The position numbers were made by a program, and so were the translations under genes. Below are positions 35,600 to 36,188 of a stretch of 36,188 nucleotides of DNA, piece by piece. Below the pieces are notes generated by a model. It ran no database searches. It saw only the letters and a program-made list of their open reading frames with translations, and was not told where the DNA came from. Positions within the stretch are counted from its first letter, which is position 1; each line of letters begins with the position of its first letter. The DNA lies in NCBI GenBank assembly GCA_964343345.1, contig CAYFJE010000003.1:1-36188 (forward strand), given 5' to 3'. Origin of the DNA: an uncultured bacterium. GTDB lineage: Bacteria > UBP7 > UBA6624.

Positions 35600-36188
35600 A
35601 TGGTTCAAAAAAATCTACCAATTGCATTAGCTTTAGATACAGGCTCAGAAAAAAAAGCAAAAGAATGGATTGATTTTTTTTCTGATTGGGTTGCTTGTTT
35701 CAAGGTTGGACCTGTTCTTTTTAATAGTTGGCCAGGTGTTATTGACTATATAAAAGAAAAAGAAAGAATGGTTTTCCTTGATCTTAAATTGCACGATATT
35801 CCAAATACAGTTTTTTTAGCATTTGAATCCTTGTCAAAAAGAGATGTTGATTTCATAACCATACATATGTCTGGAGGGAAAGAAATGGTTCAGGCAGCTG
35901 TTGACGGTGGTCGAGATGTTGTAGATCCGATTGGTGTAGGTGTTTTGACAAGTATATCTTCTGGAAATTGGGAATCTTTTTCTGGAAAGTCAATCAAAGA
36001 CTCTTTTAGTCAAATGCTTTCTTGGAGTTGGGATTCTGGTTTGAAAAATTTTGTTTCTTCAGGTTCTGAAGTAGAGTTTATCAAATCAAGTTTTCCCGAT
36101 TGTTCCCTATGGGTCCCAGGGGTAAGATTTTCTGGGGATTTTTTAGATGATCAGAAAAGAGTCACTACTCCTAAAGATGCAATAGAAA
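35600..36188 (+). CDS. pyrF: Orotidine-5'-phosphate decarboxylase (partial, runs off right edge)
   Basis: Not in the ORF track. ATG 35600: MVQKNLPIALALD...FKVG...FLDLKLHDIPNTV...T.H..GG..M...VLTS...VPGVR....DDQKRVTTP. Confidence 0.95.
   Translation, partial: MVQKNLPIALALDTGSEKKAKEWIDFFSDWVACFKVGPVLFNSWPGVIDYIKEKERMVFLDLKLHDIPNTVFLAFESLSKRDVDFITIHMSGGKEMVQAAVDGGRDVVDPIGVGVLTSISSGNWESFSGKSIKDSFSQMLSWSWDSGLKNFVSSGSEVEFIKSSFPDCSLWVPGVRFSGDFLDDQKRVTTPKDAIE

Overview
AT-rich, very gene-dense bacterial chromosomal window with no recognisable mobile element, CRISPR array or rRNA. It has four blocks. (1) + strand 472-13112: der, pnp, purN, an ALDH7-type dehydrogenase, a CxxC lipoprotein, mreB, two tandem MreC-like genes, mreD-like, mrdA, secG, tRNA-Leu(GAG), ligA. 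(2) - strand 25728-13107: an HTH-less RodZ-C-like protein, 3-POTRA bamA, lpxD, lpxA, gnnA-like, GT2, SAM methyltransferase, a large TlpA-type protein, an SH3-fused ferredoxin-NADP reductase, a small OM beta-barrel, pxpABC. (3) + strand 25897-31764: dnaK-grpE-dnaJ-hspR behind a perfect sigma70 promoter overlapped by three HAIR-like units at 24-bp period, then FmdB, peptidase C26, tRNA-Ala(TGC) and a Rieske oxygenase. (4) A 937-aa Ig-repeat lipoprotein ending in a CxxC-less thioredoxin fold, then pyrD and a partial pyrF. Lipid A genes together with an insert-less DnaK, a 3-POTRA BamA and a dnaK operon ending in hspR suggest a streamlined, divergent diderm outside the Proteobacteria (inference). 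The best candidates for new biology are a remodelled elongasome (double MreC, lipoprotein, split RodZ), the SH3-FNR, and a non-canonical lipid A operon. All family calls come from motifs read by eye; no database searches were run.
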